Below are positions 40,143 through 54,538 of a stretch of DNA of 64,000 nt, piece after piece. The notes beneath the pieces are model-generated. The model made no database searches, was not told where the DNA came from, and saw only the letters and a list, made by a program, of their open reading frames with translations. This stretch comes from Paraspadella gotoi (Eukaryota; Animalia; Chaetognatha). The stretch lies in the NCBI GenBank assembly GCA_051294375.1, contig CM119269.1:15938455-16002454 (forward strand). The letters run 5' to 3'. How positions within the stretch are numbered: position 1 is the first letter of the stretch; each line of letters starts with the position of its first letter. A program made the translations under genes and the position numbers.

Positions 40143-43100
40143 GAAAGAGAGAGAGAGAGAGAATAAAACGCGCGGGATAAAGAAAAGCCTCTTTTCTCCC
40201 CTCCCTTTTTTTTCCTCTTAAATTTTTTTCTCTTTTTTACTCTCTTTTCTTTTCCTCTACTCGACGATGGGAGGGTTTGACCCTTGAGCGAGAAATGTGC
40301 AATTCGCAGAGAATTTCCGAGAAAAAGAGAAATTCTTATTTTTCGGCTTTCGCCGCCGCTTGCATCTCCGCTGCTTGCATCTTCTTTGCCTCCATTGCTC
40401 GCATCTTATTCGATGAAACTGCTTGCATGTTTAGCTTCGTCTCGGTTTCTATGACTGCTGCAGGGATATCTATTGCTTGAACTTTCTTCCTTTTTACTGC
40501 TTGCAACTTCTTAAAATTCTTTTCGCTTCGTGTGTTTCCATTTACGACGATTGCGTCGTTTTAAATGGATAAATTTTTACATCACTTTCAGGCACAACGC
40601 ACGCCTTCTCAATTTGAATATTTGCATCTAGTGGAACAGTTTTTACATTATTCAAAGTTACAAACCCCTTCTAGTGTCTTCAGAGTCTAAAAATCACTCG
40701 CTAAATCGCTCTCGATACTCGCGACGCATCTTTCCTACTTTTTTTCACGACAGACTTCTTTTCTCTCTCTCTCTCTCTCTCTCTCATCATATATACGTCG
40801 ACAAAAATTCATCTCTCTCTCCATCGGCGCGCAAACGCTTGCAAATCAACGGCGGGCCTCTTGCAGCGCCGGCTGATGAAGACGGCAACGTTCTGCGAAA
40901 AAGGGTCTGATGAGAATGTCAGATATTCAAAGTCGAGGGCGCCGCGTTGGAAATGAGGCCGTGAGCCGAGGAAAAGGCGCCGAAAAAAAGCAGCCGGAAA
41001 TGGGGGGGAGAGAGAGGGGGAGAAGAGGAGAAGGAAGAGAGAGAGAAATCTGGGAAGGAGCGGGAGTGAATAGGGGAAGTCTTACGGAGAGGAATTGGGA
41101 TTTAGCTCAGTAACAGGACGTGGTTGATTAGATATTGTAATTAAAATTAGAAAAAATATACGCGATTTTAAATGTAAACAATGTCATATTTATGACCGTT
41201 TTTGCTTTCAAAATCTTCCGACGCCCTTAGACAAAAGTATCGGAGTGCAAGAAAATTTTTCTTTTCTCATTGTGAAATTCGTCGATCTCACATTTTGTTT
41301 CCTCCCTTTTAATTTTTCTCCCCCGTTTTTTCTCCGAATTTCTGTATTTATCTATGTAATTAATAATTTATACGTAAACTTCTCTTTTCTGTTTTTTCTT
41401 TGTATTTTTTCAGATTAATCTTTTTGAATGCATATTTTTTTCTTCCTCTCTTTCCTTTTTCTTTCTCTATTAGTTGTCTCCTTCTCTTTCCTCTACTTCT
41501 TCCTTCTTTCTTTTCCTTTACTTCTTCCTTCTTTCTTCTTCCAACTCCTCTTCCTCCTCCCAAGCTTCTTGTCAAGGCTTGCCCCTTAGGCGCTGCCCCC
41601 GTGTCAAGCGATGGTCGGCGACTGACCCTGGGAGAGGTTCGGTGCGTGATGTCGGGGGCGGCGGCCTTCAAGAGGGGGCAGGCGGGGGAAAGGGATGCGG
41701 CGAAGCGACTGACCCGCGAGCGGCCGCGTTAGCCCCTTTGCCCGCCAACTTTCCCTCCCCCCTTTGAGCCCCCCTTCGCTCTCGGGAGAACCCGAAGTTC
41801 AAACCGGAAGTCAGAGTCTCGACAAAAACGACGGTGACGATGACGCCGAGTGGGCGTGGCCAACTGAGGGGGGCGGAGAGCGCGGAGGTGAGGTTGAGGT
41901 GGAAGAGGGGCGGTCGAGATTATGTCGTAGGACGATTACATAACTTTATCAAATATACAGTTGTTTAATATTCAGTACATTTTTTCTTGTTTTCTCACTC
42001 ATTTGAAAACGATCTGTGGCTAAAGATGTATCAACATTTAAATCATTAAACTATTTAATTATCCCTATAATAACCGAACGTTAAAAAAAAACCAAAAAAA
42101 AACACGAAAATTTGCTTGACTATTGAAAAAATGAACTTCTCTGTTAATCGTCGTCGTCGTCGTCGTCGTCGTCGCTTCACAAAACTTAATCGTCATCCCT
42201 TCATTTTTACGTGAATCGTGACTCAGTTTCTCTCCTTCTCGTATTCGTCCCGCATAACTTATTTCATCCTCTAACTTTCACTTCTCTTTTCTTCAATTCG
42301 CTTCTCTATTTCTCTTCACTTTCTTTTTGAACTGTTCTTTGTTCCCTTCACCCCATCCCCCTTCCCCCTGCCACCCTGCCACCCCCTAACCACCCTCCTC
42401 CATTTCTCTTTTCACAGATGGCCACGCCGAAAGGCTTTTTACGTAATTAACAAATGCCAAAATGGCGAGATGGATTGTTCCCACCCCGGGTGGCAGAGGG
42501 CGCGACCCGGCCACTTGTTCATTTCTTTCTAATTCATTCATTTCCAGAGCTTCTCTCTCCTCTTTTTCTTCTTTTTTTTTTTTTGTGCTCCCGCTGGAGG
42601 CCGTGACGTGTCAAGTTTCGAACAAATGAACACTCGAGAAATCTAAAACCATTTTCCTTCTCATCCCTCTCCTCTTTTTCTCATTTCTCTTCTTACGGGT
42701 CTTCGCCCCTTGCCCCATTCCCCCCTGGTTCACTCTTTTTCGCCACGGCCAAAACCCAACGGCGTCGCGGTCGAGTGGTTCAGGTCGCGGCGCCGTTGGC
42801 CCGAAGGTCTCGGGATCGAAACCCGAACCATAAAAGTCGCAACCTCCTTAGTGGGTCGTTGTTTTTTTTTTGGGAAGACGTCAAGGTCAGATGACGCCGC
42901 CCTTTCGTTTCGGTGAAAGGACAAAAAAAAAAAGCCGCGAATCTTGAAAGACGAAGAGTAATTAAACGTCGCTGAAAGGACTATTAAAAAATGGGAATAT
43001 TAATTATTTTTGGCTTTTTTTTCGTTTACGAAACCACTAAACCCCCCAATTCCCTTCCTCCCTCCCGATTCACTCCCCAACTTCCCGCCCATAAGAAAAT

Positions 43101-45171
43101 CGCTTTCCAACTTCCTCGTGACTTTTTTTTCCTAATTCCTCCTTTCACCTTCTCACATCATCCCGATTGTCTTTTCCCTTAACTCTCCCACTTTCAATCT
43201 CCCCGCTCAACTCTCTCCATTTCCCCCTCCTCTCTCCCCCCCTCCCGATGTCCTAACAAAGAGCGAAGGCCGAGAAAGGAATCCCCGTCTTTCGGCCTCC
43301 ACTGGGCAGCGGATCACGAACCGAGTGGGAGGCAAAGTGGAGGAAAAGAAAAAGGAAATTGAAGGGGAAAAAAAAGGAAAGGAATGAATGGAGGAAGAGA
43401 AAAGGATGAAAAGGGGAAAAAAAAAGATTTTAGGGAGATAGAAAATAAAAAAAGACACGAAAAGAAAGAAAAAAATTAAAGAGTTAAAAATTTAAAGCAA
43501 ACAAGAGGAAAATATGGCCTAAAATGCGATTTTTAAAAACAAACAAACTCCCACAAATCATTAAACGGTTTGACAGTAACTAATAATTCCATAATTTCAC
43601 AGTGTGACGAAATATAATAAAAGATTCCGCAATTGTCTTTTCTGCCCCAAAGGTTTCACACTCAAGAAAACTGCCTTCAGCGTTCAGCCTCGATCCCATT
43701 TCCAACTACGAAGTCCGCATCGTACGAGTTCGTGATTGTCGGTGAAAAATGGAGCTGATAAGATAAATGACTTTTTTTTTGGTAGCCATCGATTTCTTCG
43801 GTATCGTTGTCGTCGTCGTTGTCGTCGTCGTCGAAGATATCATCGTTATCATCGTTATCATCGTCCATGTCGTTTTTAGATTGCGAGTCGTCTTTCGATG
43901 GTTCATATTAGAATTGACCAGACCATTTTATTTTTTTACAGTTTTATTATTTGCTTTTTTAAAGTTTTTATATTTTTTATTATTAGTATTTATATGTATT
44001 CGTATTTTTTTAATATTTTTTATATATTCGTATTATTAAACACTTTTTTTTCATCAGCGGGGACGACGACGACGACGACGACGACTAAGACGAAGATAAA
44101 GACGATGATGGCGATGATGACGACGCTCAAAAACGATGCAGCGAATAAAAGAAAATAAAAGTAAAGAAAAGAAAAGGAGGAAAAGGAAAGAGAAGAACGA
44201 AGTGTCGACGACGACGACGACGAAGACTGCGAGGGTCAGATGAAGGGCAAGAAGAACCGCCGCAGTGTCAGACTAGTGATGCCCTCAACAGGAAGAAATG
44301 GAGATAAAGAAATGATCAAAAACGGGGAGGAAGAGGGAGGAAAAGAAAAGGAAGGCGAGGAGATGGGAGGAAAAAGAACGAATGGGGACGGGAGAAAAAA
44401 AAAATGAAAAGAAGAAAAAGGATATAGAGTCGAGAGAGAGGAGAAAGGGATTCGAAGTGAGAGGAGAAAGGGAGGAAAGAAAAGAAATGAATAGAAGAAA
44501 AAGGATATAGTTATGAAGAGAGAAGAGAAAGGGAGGAAAGGAAAGAAATGAATAGAAGAAAAAGGATATAGAGAGGAGAAAGGGAGGAAAGAAAAGAAAA
44601 GAAAATTGGAGAAGAAGGAAAATAAAAGAAAAAAGGACGATGGAGGAAGCTTTGGGGGTAAAGAGAAAAGAGGAAGGGGATGGAATAGATCGTAAAAATA
44701 AAAGAAAAAGTTAAAAGAGAAAGGAAATAGGAAAAGAAAAGGATGAAGGAGGAAGTAAAAAGGAAAGGAAAAGGATGAAGGAGGAAGTAAAAAGGAAAGG
44801 AAAAAGGAGGAAATGAGATTTTGAATGAGAGCGTGAAGAAATGCATTTGTTTCTTACAGAACTTGTGAGGTTGAAGGTTTTCGGGTGGAGGACCTCGGTG
44901 TGATTGGAGTGTGATGGAGCAATTGATGGAGTGTGACGGGGAAGGTGATGGCGAAGGCGAAAGAAAGAAAGAGAAAACCCGCTTTGGAAGTGATGGATGA
45001 AGAGAGAGTCGGAGAAAAGGACTGAGGATGACAGATATGGAGTGAGAAGCCGGAAAGACTGTTGCTAAGGGGGAAAGACCGTTGCTAAGGGAAGGCTTTT
45101 CGGTTCGCGGACCGAAAGAAAAAAAATACGAGAGATGATGATTTCTATTCGACAAACACATTAATAATGAG

Positions 45172-45222
<51 letters not shown>

Positions 45223-46029
45223 GAGAGAGATTATAAAATTAAATAACCATCAGATCCCTCTTCCCTAAAAAAAAGGGTTAAAAGTTGAAAAAGGGAAGTT
45301 TTTTGTTTTTTTTTTCTTTTAAAGAAACAATCAGGTTTCGTCAAAGAATCTTTAACGCGACGGCGAAAAAAAAAGAAGAAGAAGAAGCAGAGGTGACGAA
45401 GGGGAATGAATAAGAGAGTGATCATCCAAAAATAGAGAAAGCCGCCGCCGCCGCCGCCCCCGCAGCCTCCGCCGCCGCCTCCGCCGCCATCGCCTTCCAA
45501 AGCAGCCGACAAATTTGAATTTAGATTCAAGAGACTTTTGGTGGAAGGGAAGACGCTTTCAGGGAGGAACGAGGCGAACAGGGGCAGGGGCGGGGGCAAA
45601 CAGGGGCTTGGGAGGATGAGAAGGAGCAGGGAAAGTTGAAGGGAGCTAGGCCTTGGGGGGGGGAAGTAAATGTGGTTCGAAAAGGCGGAACGCAAAAATG
45701 CTGAATGAAGAGAGGAAGAATAGAGGAATGGATTTGGAAAGGAAAAAAGGGAAATTCTGTGCCGCGTGGATGGGAAGAGAGAATAAAGGGGAATATGTGA
45801 AGAGGGGAACAAAGTGAACAAAAGTGGGGACTAAATGAAGTAGGCTTTCGGTGAATTGAAGAATGAATCAGTCTATTAGGTGATATGAATGATAATAATA
45901 GTTAAATAAAGGGTTGAGGGGAAAGAGAAAAAGTGGAAAAGTGGAAAAAATGACGTTAAAGAAAAAAAAATCTGATAGATTGAAAAATGTATTGAGGCTG
46001 AAATGAAGGTACAAAGAGGCAGAAGAGAG

Positions 46030-46162
46030 GGTAGGAAGGAGGGTAGGAAAGGTGAGACGAGAGTAGGAGAATAGGGTAGAAAGGATGGTAGGAAAGGTGA
46101 GACGAGAGTAGGAGAATAGGGTAGAAAGGATGGTAGGAAAGGTGAGACGAGAGAAGGAGAAT
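46030..46162 (+). repeat. 39-bp tandem repeat, about 3 copies
   Basis: GGTAGGAAAGGTGAGACGAGAGTAGGAGAATAGGGTAGAAAGGA-type unit. Confidence 0.75.
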
Positions 46163-46457
46163 ATATGGGGAAAAGGAAAGGAAAAAAAAAAAGAGGCGAA
46201 CCGACCGAGTCTTCTTTTTTTTTCTTACGGTGAAGAATTTGAATGATGACCCGAAAGTTAGGATGATAAAAAAAAAGGAAAGAGCTGGAAGGAGGAAAAT
46301 AAAGAGGAGAAAAAAAAGATAAGAAAGATAATGAAAAGAAAGAAGAAAGAAAAGAAAGAAGAAAGGAAGGAAGGAAAAAAAAAGAAAATGCAAAGGAATC
46401 AAGGCCAACGAAGGTCATCCTACTACTGGGGGAAAGTATACAAAAAATTCGATACAC

Positions 46458-46497
<40 letters not shown>

Positions 46498-46672
46498 TCA
46501 TCTCATCTCTCTCTCTCTCTCTCTCGCTCTCATCTCTCCGCTCCAATCTGTAATCTCCCTGGGAGTAAATTCTTGTCAGTCATGATCAAGTCATTATCAT
46601 CCAAGGTTTTTGGAGTGAAACAGTTTTTTTTTTGGGCTCTTCTCTTTCTCTCTGCCCCCCTCTCTGCTTCTC

Positions 46673-46705
<33 letters not shown>

Positions 46706-49700
46706 TCTATTCTCTTTTATTCTTCGTTTTTCCCTTTTCAAATGGCCGACAATAAAGATGATGAATTAGCCCTGACCTCAAGTTTTTTCTATTTCTCTTT
46801 CAATTTTTTGTTTTCAGTCACTTCACTATTTAAAATTTTATTGTTTCACTAAGGTTGAAGAAAAGTATAGAAGAACAGAGACCAAACCTAATTTTGTAAT
46901 TCTAATCGAATTCTTTAACTATATTCATTAAACATCTCTGTGTGCGTGCGAATTTTTGTCTGCAATAGCGTCGGTTACAAGATTTTTTAGTCTATAAATG
47001 AAAGTAAATTCCGAGTGGTCTTAATTTTTTTGCCTCCAAGCATTGAAGACAATCTGCTTGTCTATATTCTACGTTCATGTTCTATTAAACTTTAAAATAA
47101 AACTGACAAAGTATGAATCAACTTTTTCAGTGAAATTCACAAATCCAAGGAGGTCTTTCACAGGTCTCGTCTCTCACGACCTCGCGTCCCTTACTCCCCT
47201 CATTAGTCACATCCCTTTTCCATTCACAGAGATTCACACTCGCTTCTTCTTTCCTTCACCCTCTTTCACCCCGTATCTCACCGACTTCCCTTTCGTCTCA
47301 CCTCAAAGCCCCAAAGTTTCAAACTCTTTGTCCTCCTCCTCCTCCTCCTCCTCCTCCTCCTCTTCTTCCTTGAATTAAACTCAAACTCTGAGTCGGCAAT
47401 TTTTCTCGGCTGGCCGTCGCTTTCAACCCGAAATTGGGGCTGGACCCAACAAATTCCCTCTTCCTCCATCCCCCCCCTCTTCCCTCCTCCTCCTCCTCCT
47501 CCTCTTCTTCGGGTTCAAATAATTCCACTTTCGGAGCTGCTACTCTCAGCTTGGGGGTTTTCGTCCGAGGCTCCGGCCAGTGGAAATGAAGTTTTTTAAA
47601 TGAAAAAAAAAAAAAAAAAATATAAGTTCACATTTACTTGAAGCAGAAAAAATGATACAAGTTTAAAAAAATCCTAAAAAGCATAAGGATGCGTCGCAAT
47701 TGCAAAGAGAGAGAGAGGAGAGAGAGAGATGAGAGGAGAGAGAGGAGAGAGAGAGAGTGAGAGAGGAAGAGAGAGATGAGAGAGGAAGAAGAGAGAGAGA
47801 GAGAGAGAGGCAGTAAAATGAGCATAAGGATTCAGTCGGCAATTTCAAAGAGAGAGAGAGAGGAGAGGAGAGAGAGAGAGAGAGAGAGGAAGAGGAAGAG
47901 AGAGGAGAAAGAAAAAGAGAGAGAGTCCGAGATAAAAATTAGCGAATAAAAAGTTAAGTTATTTTACTCACTTTGAATAAAAAATACTTTAAAATACTTA
48001 CAAATACTAAAATTGAAATTAAATTATTTATTCCGATAACATTTGTTTAATTCACATTGCAATTATATTAGGTAAGGCCTAATATCTTAGATAAGGGCGG
48101 GCCAAATTGAAACCACTTTTTATAACTTCTAGTTCTCTTTAAATTTCTATTACTACTAAATCGATTTTCAATATAACTTTTTGGTCATTAGTTCTGGGTT
48201 GTTGCACTTGAAGCTTTTAATATTTATCATATATAATAATATATAAGTATTGAGGAATTAGTTGCCAGGGGCAATGAGTTTAGTGAAAAAACAAAGTCAA
48301 TTTACTGATCTTTAATATTAATGATTACTAATAAGTGTTTAATTATTAATGAAATTATATTAATTAATTAATGTGAAAAAAATGATGCAAGTAAAAAAAA
48401 ATCTGAAAAAAGCATAAAGATCCGTCGCAATTGCAGGAAAAAGAGAATGAGAGAGAGAGATGGAGAAGAGATCGAGAGAGAGGGAGAGGAGAGAGGAGAG
48501 ATGTTTTTGAGTGAGAGAGAGAGAGAAGGAGGACATAATTAAAATAGAGGGATTAATTTGTATGTTTTTGATAAAAATGTAAACAAAAACATATTTAATA
48601 ACTGTCCTAACCCAATTTTTAAGGGACATCGATGAGTTGATAAGTTGAATATAAAATTTAAAATTAATTATTACTATTAAAATTAATTAATTAATTAATT
48701 ATTAATCGATTAATTAATTAATTAATTAATTACATAGGGCAGATCCGACATGTGTTGCTCAACTTGTTTTTTTTCGCTTTAATCAAACTCAATGGTGACG
48801 CGAGTGATGAAGAGAAAAAAAAGTCGGAGTCGCTACGTCGTACGCGAGTTTAAACGACGATGACTAAATAGAAGACTGAAAGAAATGCCTTATTCGGGAG
48901 CGGGAACTGAAATAAAGTGTTGTTGCAAAAGAGTTAAAAAAGTTTTAAATCGAAAAAATACGTAGAAACAAAAAATAAAGAATGCTTACTGAATGCGGGT
49001 CGACGGATACATATCGATTTTCACTCTCGCCTACTTTCCGGGCAAAAATTCCGGCTTAATAAATCGGCGATCATCCATTCGTGATTCGCCAAGATCGAGA
49101 TCTCTGCGCGCGGAAATCATGACGACATATCGGGGTCCTTGAAGAGGTTGTCGCCTACGACGGACGATAACGACGACGACGAAAACAAAAACTTAGTTAA
49201 CCATTTGAATCAAGTTTAAAAGTACTGCACTTTCAAAGACAAAATGAGAGATGCTTTACCTAAAAAATATTATATTCTCTCTACATTTTTTGTATTTAGT
49301 CGTTTTAAATTCATGTGATATCTGAGTGTTAAAATTTGTTTCATTTAAAAAAATACTTTGCGCGATTAATGCAGACTTTGGATGCCTTTTAATTGATTCC
49401 AACGTAAATTGTGAGCTTCACCCTAATATACTACTTCATAGTTTCTCGTCTCTCTCTCTCTCTCTCTCTCTTCTTCTCTCTCTCTCTCTTCTCTCTTCTC
49501 TCTCGTCTCTCTTCTCTCTCTCTCTCTCGCCCTTTTTTTTCCCTTTTAACTCACGGGTCTTTGGCTGGGATGGAAAGGGAGGCATTCCCGAGGCTGGGCT
49601 CGAACAATAAAAAATCAATCCCCGGGTTTTGAATGAGAAAAAATGAGAGAGGCTAGGAAAAGAAGGGAGAACGGCACTGAACACAGGGGGGAAAGTGGTT

Positions 49701-49726
49701 TTTCAGTTCCGTGGAGAGTGAGAGGA

Positions 49727-49763
<37 letters not shown>

Positions 49764-50543
49764 CCTAAGAAAGTGCGGAAAATAATTTTTACTCATGCAC
49801 AAAAAAAAAATTTCTGTCAGCTACTTTTATAATGGCTGCATGTTAATTGCTTCAATTTTAAAAAAAAAAAATTAAATAGTTAAAAATACGAACTCTTTTT
49901 TTTCAGACTTTTAAATTTTATTATTTATTTATCGTCATTATTTAAATTTTTTAGTTAAGACATAAACATCTCAAAAAATAACATTTAAATTTAAAATGCC
50001 TCTTGTTACGGTGTGACGACCTTTAAATTACAATTCCAAAGACAGAATTTTCCTAAATAATATTATAATACCAGTTATCATCATCAACTTCATAATCATC
50101 ATCATCAGTATCACTTTAAACCTCTTAAACCTCTTTAAAACTTTGAAACCCTCCTCTCGTTTAATTTCAACTTTTTTTTCCCACAAACCCCCAGCCCCCT
50201 CTCGAATCCAATCTCCACCCCCCCCCACCAGAAAAAAAAAAAGTAAAAGTAAAAATGGCCTCAAACGTCGAACTTAAAAGCCTCGATTTCATTTTTTTTT
50301 CTCATTTTCCCACACCTTTCCTCTTTTCTCCTTTTCGCCCCAGCGCGACTCTTTCTCCATTTTATTTTTTTTTTCATTTCGTGCGTTCGGGTGTTATTTA
50401 AATAATAATATCCCCCACCGCCCCCCCCCCCCCCCCCCCCCCGGAAAATATTTTTTTATTTAATTTTGCGATGGAAAAAAAAAAATCTGCCGACAGGCGG
50501 CTGGTTGAGAGGAGGCGTCGATTATCCAATTTGAGAGAGAGAT

Positions 50544-50581
<38 letters not shown>

Positions 50582-50902
50582 AGATGACGAGAGAGAGAGA
50601 ATGGAGAGAGAGAGAGAGATGAGAAAAATAATTTTTAAATTCAAGGATTAAACCTTCCTCTCCTCTCCTCCTCTTCTCCTCTTGTGACATCGGTGACTGG
50701 ACCGGATCCATTCGAGTCAGGTTGCGACCTTAGAGTCGCGATTTTCCGTGATCCGTCGCTCAAAGGATATTAAGAATAAACGATGGATTAGTTACGCATT
50801 TCCGTCTGTATCGGCGTATCTCAATCGATGGCTTTCGGTCGAAAGGGCAACAATTAAAAAAAAAAGTTTAACTTTATTAAACGCACTCTCTCTCTTCTCT
50901 CT

Positions 50903-50984
<82 letters not shown>

Positions 50985-51070
50985 CCCATTCACGCGCGCA
51001 AAGTTGAAATTTAGAATCTGAAAAAAAGGGCGGAATCTGACATCTGCCATTCGGAGCCTCGGACGAAAAC

Positions 51071-53445
51071 GAGATATGTCATTCCCAAATCCTCCGCCCC
51101 GCGGGGGCGGGCTCAGGGGCCGGGCCCCAGGGGCAGACTATTCCAGGGGGAGCACAAAATGGTCATTTGAGGGGCGCCCCCTCTGGCGATTGCCTTAGGG
51201 GGCCGCCCCAGGGGGGTTCCCCCTGGGGCGAACATTTTGGGTCTTTGGGGCGCCCCTAATGCTTAGCCCCCTGGGGCCAAAAAAAGTCTGCCACCTGGAG
51301 GTAACCCCTTGTGGGAACAAAAACTGCTCCCCAGGGGCGAGTTAAAAGAGAAGAGCCAAAGTTTAGCATGAGAAAATTATTACTTTTTATTGAGAATATT
51401 TCTCCTGTCTGTTTACTCTCTCTTTCTCTCTCCCTTTTTCTTTTTCTCTCTCTCTTTTTCTCCTCTCTCTTTTTTTTTCATTCACTCTTTTCTTTTTTTC
51501 TCCTCTCTCTATTTTCTCTCTCTATAGATCTTTTTTTCTCTCTCTACTTTCAAGACTTTTTTATGTTACTGAATTAATATTACATATTTTTTCAAATTAT
51601 TTGTTAACTCATTTATTCCATTATTTTATCTAAAATTATATATTTGTATTTTTAAACCAATTTTTTATTCAGTTAAAAGTATTAGAAACAAGTTTTAGCA
51701 AACAATATGTAGGACGTAGCCACACAAATTTAGTGGTAAAAGCTAATCAGTCATTTGTCTTCTTTTTTTGTCTTTTTTATCTTTCTTTTTTTAATTTTTT
51801 TTTTTCTTTCTTTTTTGTTGGATGAATACTGATAGACTGTAGAGAGGACATAATTTTAAAAAAAAAATTCATTAATTTGATGTTTTAAAAAGAATTATAA
51901 ATAAATCACAAACACCAAATTAAATTGGGCAGTGACTGACAGACTACTTAGTGAATTATGGAGTCCCCCAAAAACAATAAAAACTATTCATCACATTAAA
52001 CGAGTTCTTAACATCGTAAAATAAATTTTATTTTATTTAAGATTTGTAATTTTAATAATCGTCAGTTGTAGATTGCTTAAGATTGAACTCACGTTGTTAA
52101 GTAAAGGCTGACGATTTGACAGAGAGAGATGAGCAAAAACTTGTATTCTAGCTCAATCACATACTTTTCTACCCACACACAAAATTTTATTCCAGATCCA
52201 TCTATTTAATCTACGAATAATTGGAGTTTAATGCTAATATCTGGATGGCTTAAAAACTGGATATAATTAATTAATCAATTAATATTTTTTAATAATTATT
52301 TTTGATAAGTGAATTAAAAAATTAAACCATCCTACTCTTTATTTCTAATATAAAATTATTAAGATAAAATTTTGTGTGGGTAGAGAAATTAAGTGCAGTT
52401 TTTAATGAAAAACAAGGTTACTTTACTTGACATTATTAAAAATTTTTGCACTCTATTTCTCTCTTCTTTTTTTATTTCTATCGGATTTAAAATTCTTAAT
52501 TAGCTAATTGTTTAGTTGATTGTTGACCAAATTATTAATTTTGACAAATTATCAGTGTCAAATTATCTAAGGTGACCAATTTATTGCAAGATTGACCAAA
52601 TTATGACTGTTGACTAAAAATTAAGCAAATTTAACCAATTTTCCCAGTTGACCAATTTTATGCCAATGACAAAATCTATGAAATTGACCAAAAATTATGC
52701 AGTTCACCAAATTATGCGAGTTGATTTAATTATGCAAAATTGATTAAATTATGAAAGTTTACCAAATATGAAAGTTTACCAAATTCATTAAATGGTTTTA
52801 CCAAATTTTAAAGTTTACCAAATTATAAAGTTTAGCCAATTATGAAGGTTACCAAATTAAGAAGATTAACTAAAATATTATAAAAAATACCAATTATTGA
52901 AGGTTTACCAATTATAAAAGTTTACCAAATTTTAAAAGTTGATTAAATTATTATCAAGTTGACCAATTTATGTTCAGTTGACCAAATTATGTCCAATGGA
53001 CTTAAATTATGCAAGGTTGAACCAAATTATGCAAGTTGGTATTTTGGTGCAGCTATTGGTTCATTGATTGATTAATTGAAGTGAAAATTTTTTTTTTTTT
53101 ATATTTTATTGTAATTGAAATGATGAAAATAGGGGGAAAATAGATAAAGAAAGAGCGAGAGAGGGAGAGAGAAAGAGAGAGTAGGGGAGAGATAGATAGG
53201 AGGGAGAGAGAGCTGTTCCAGGGGGCAGGAAAAATCCATCCCCTGGGGGTGCCCCAGGGAGGCAGGTGCTTTTTTCTAGCCCCTGGGGGATTCTCCCTGG
53301 GTGGGCCCCTTGGGGCCTCCAAAAAAGAGGGCCTCAGGGGCGCCCTAGGCGGTAAGGATTTTGCCTGCCCCTCGGGGCCGCCCCGCGGAGCCACCCCGCG
53401 GGGCCGCCCCCCAGCACCGCCCCGGGGGAAGCGGATTCTGAAGGA
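51071..53445. mobile_element. Foldback/TIR-like element or noisy fold-back read with GC-rich inverted termini
   Basis: GC blocks 51085-51342 and 53215-53443, rich in CCCCAGGGG/CCCCTGGGG/GGGCGCCC, are diverged inverted copies. Inside them are inverted CT/GA tracts and an inverted pair at 52166-52190 and 52364-52384. Confidence 0.45.
52519..53037 (+). repeat. About 18-bp AT-rich degenerate minisatellite
   Basis: Unit approximately GTTGACCAAATTATGCAA, more than 20 degenerate copies. Confidence 0.85.
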
Positions 53446-53470
53446 NNNNNNNNNNNNNNNNNNNNNNNNN

Positions 53471-54538
53471 TGAGATACGCGATACAGAACGGAATCGCGT
53501 AACTAATCCAATCGTTAATTCTTAATATCCTTTGAGCGACGGATCACGGAAAATCGCGACTCTAAGGTCGCAACCTGACTCGACATGGAATTCCGTCCAC
53601 GTCACCGATGTCACGAAGAGGAGAAGAGGAGGAGGAAGAGGAGNNNNNNNNNNNNNNNNNNNNNNNNNNNNNNNNNNNNNNNNNNNNNNNNNNNNNNNNN
53701 NNNNNNNNNNNNNNNNNNNNNNNNNNNNNNNNNNNNNNNNNNNNNNNNNNNNNNNNNNNNNNNNNNNNNNNNNNNNNNNNNNNNNNNNNNNNNNNNNNNN
53801 NNNNNNNNNNNNNNNNNNNNNNNNNNNNTTTCCGGCGGTGGGGGAATTATTATTTAAATAACCCCGAACGCCGAAATGAAAAAAAAAATAAATGGGAGAA
53901 AGAGTCGCGCNNNNNNNNNNNNNNNNNNNNNNNNNNNNNNNNNNNNNNNNNNNNNNNNNNNNNNNNNNNNNNNNNNNNNNNNNNNNNNNNNNNNNNNNNN
54001 NNNNNNNNNNNNNNNNNNNNNNNNNNNNNNNNNNNNNNNNNNNNNNNNNNNNNNNNNNNNNNNNNNNNNNNNNNNNNNNNNNNNNNNNNNNNNNNNNNNN
54101 NNNNNNNNNNNNNNNNNNNNNNNNNGGGGTTTGTGGGAAAAAAGGTTGAAAATTAAACGAGGAGGTTTCAAGTTTTAAAGAGGTTTTAAGAGGTTTAAAG
54201 TGATACTGATGATGATGATTATGAAGTTGATGATGATAACTGGTATTATAATTATTATTTAGGAAATTCTGTCTTTGGAATTGTAAATTTAAAGGTCGTC
54301 ACACCGTAACAAGAGCATTTTAAATTTAATGTTATTTTTGAGATGTTTTATGTCTTAACTAAAAATTTAAATAAGACTGATAAATAAATAATAAATTTAA
54401 AAGTCTGAAAAAAAGAGTTCGTTATTTTTAACTATTTATTTTTTTTTTAAATTTGAAGCAATTAAACATGCAGCCATTTAGAAAAGTAGCTGACAGAAAT
54501 TTTTTTTGCATAGTAATAAATTATTTTCCACTTTCTTA

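Noticed and set aside
40866-40915. Second hammerhead candidate (CTGATGAAG...CGAAA)
   Set aside because: Stems II and III do not pair.
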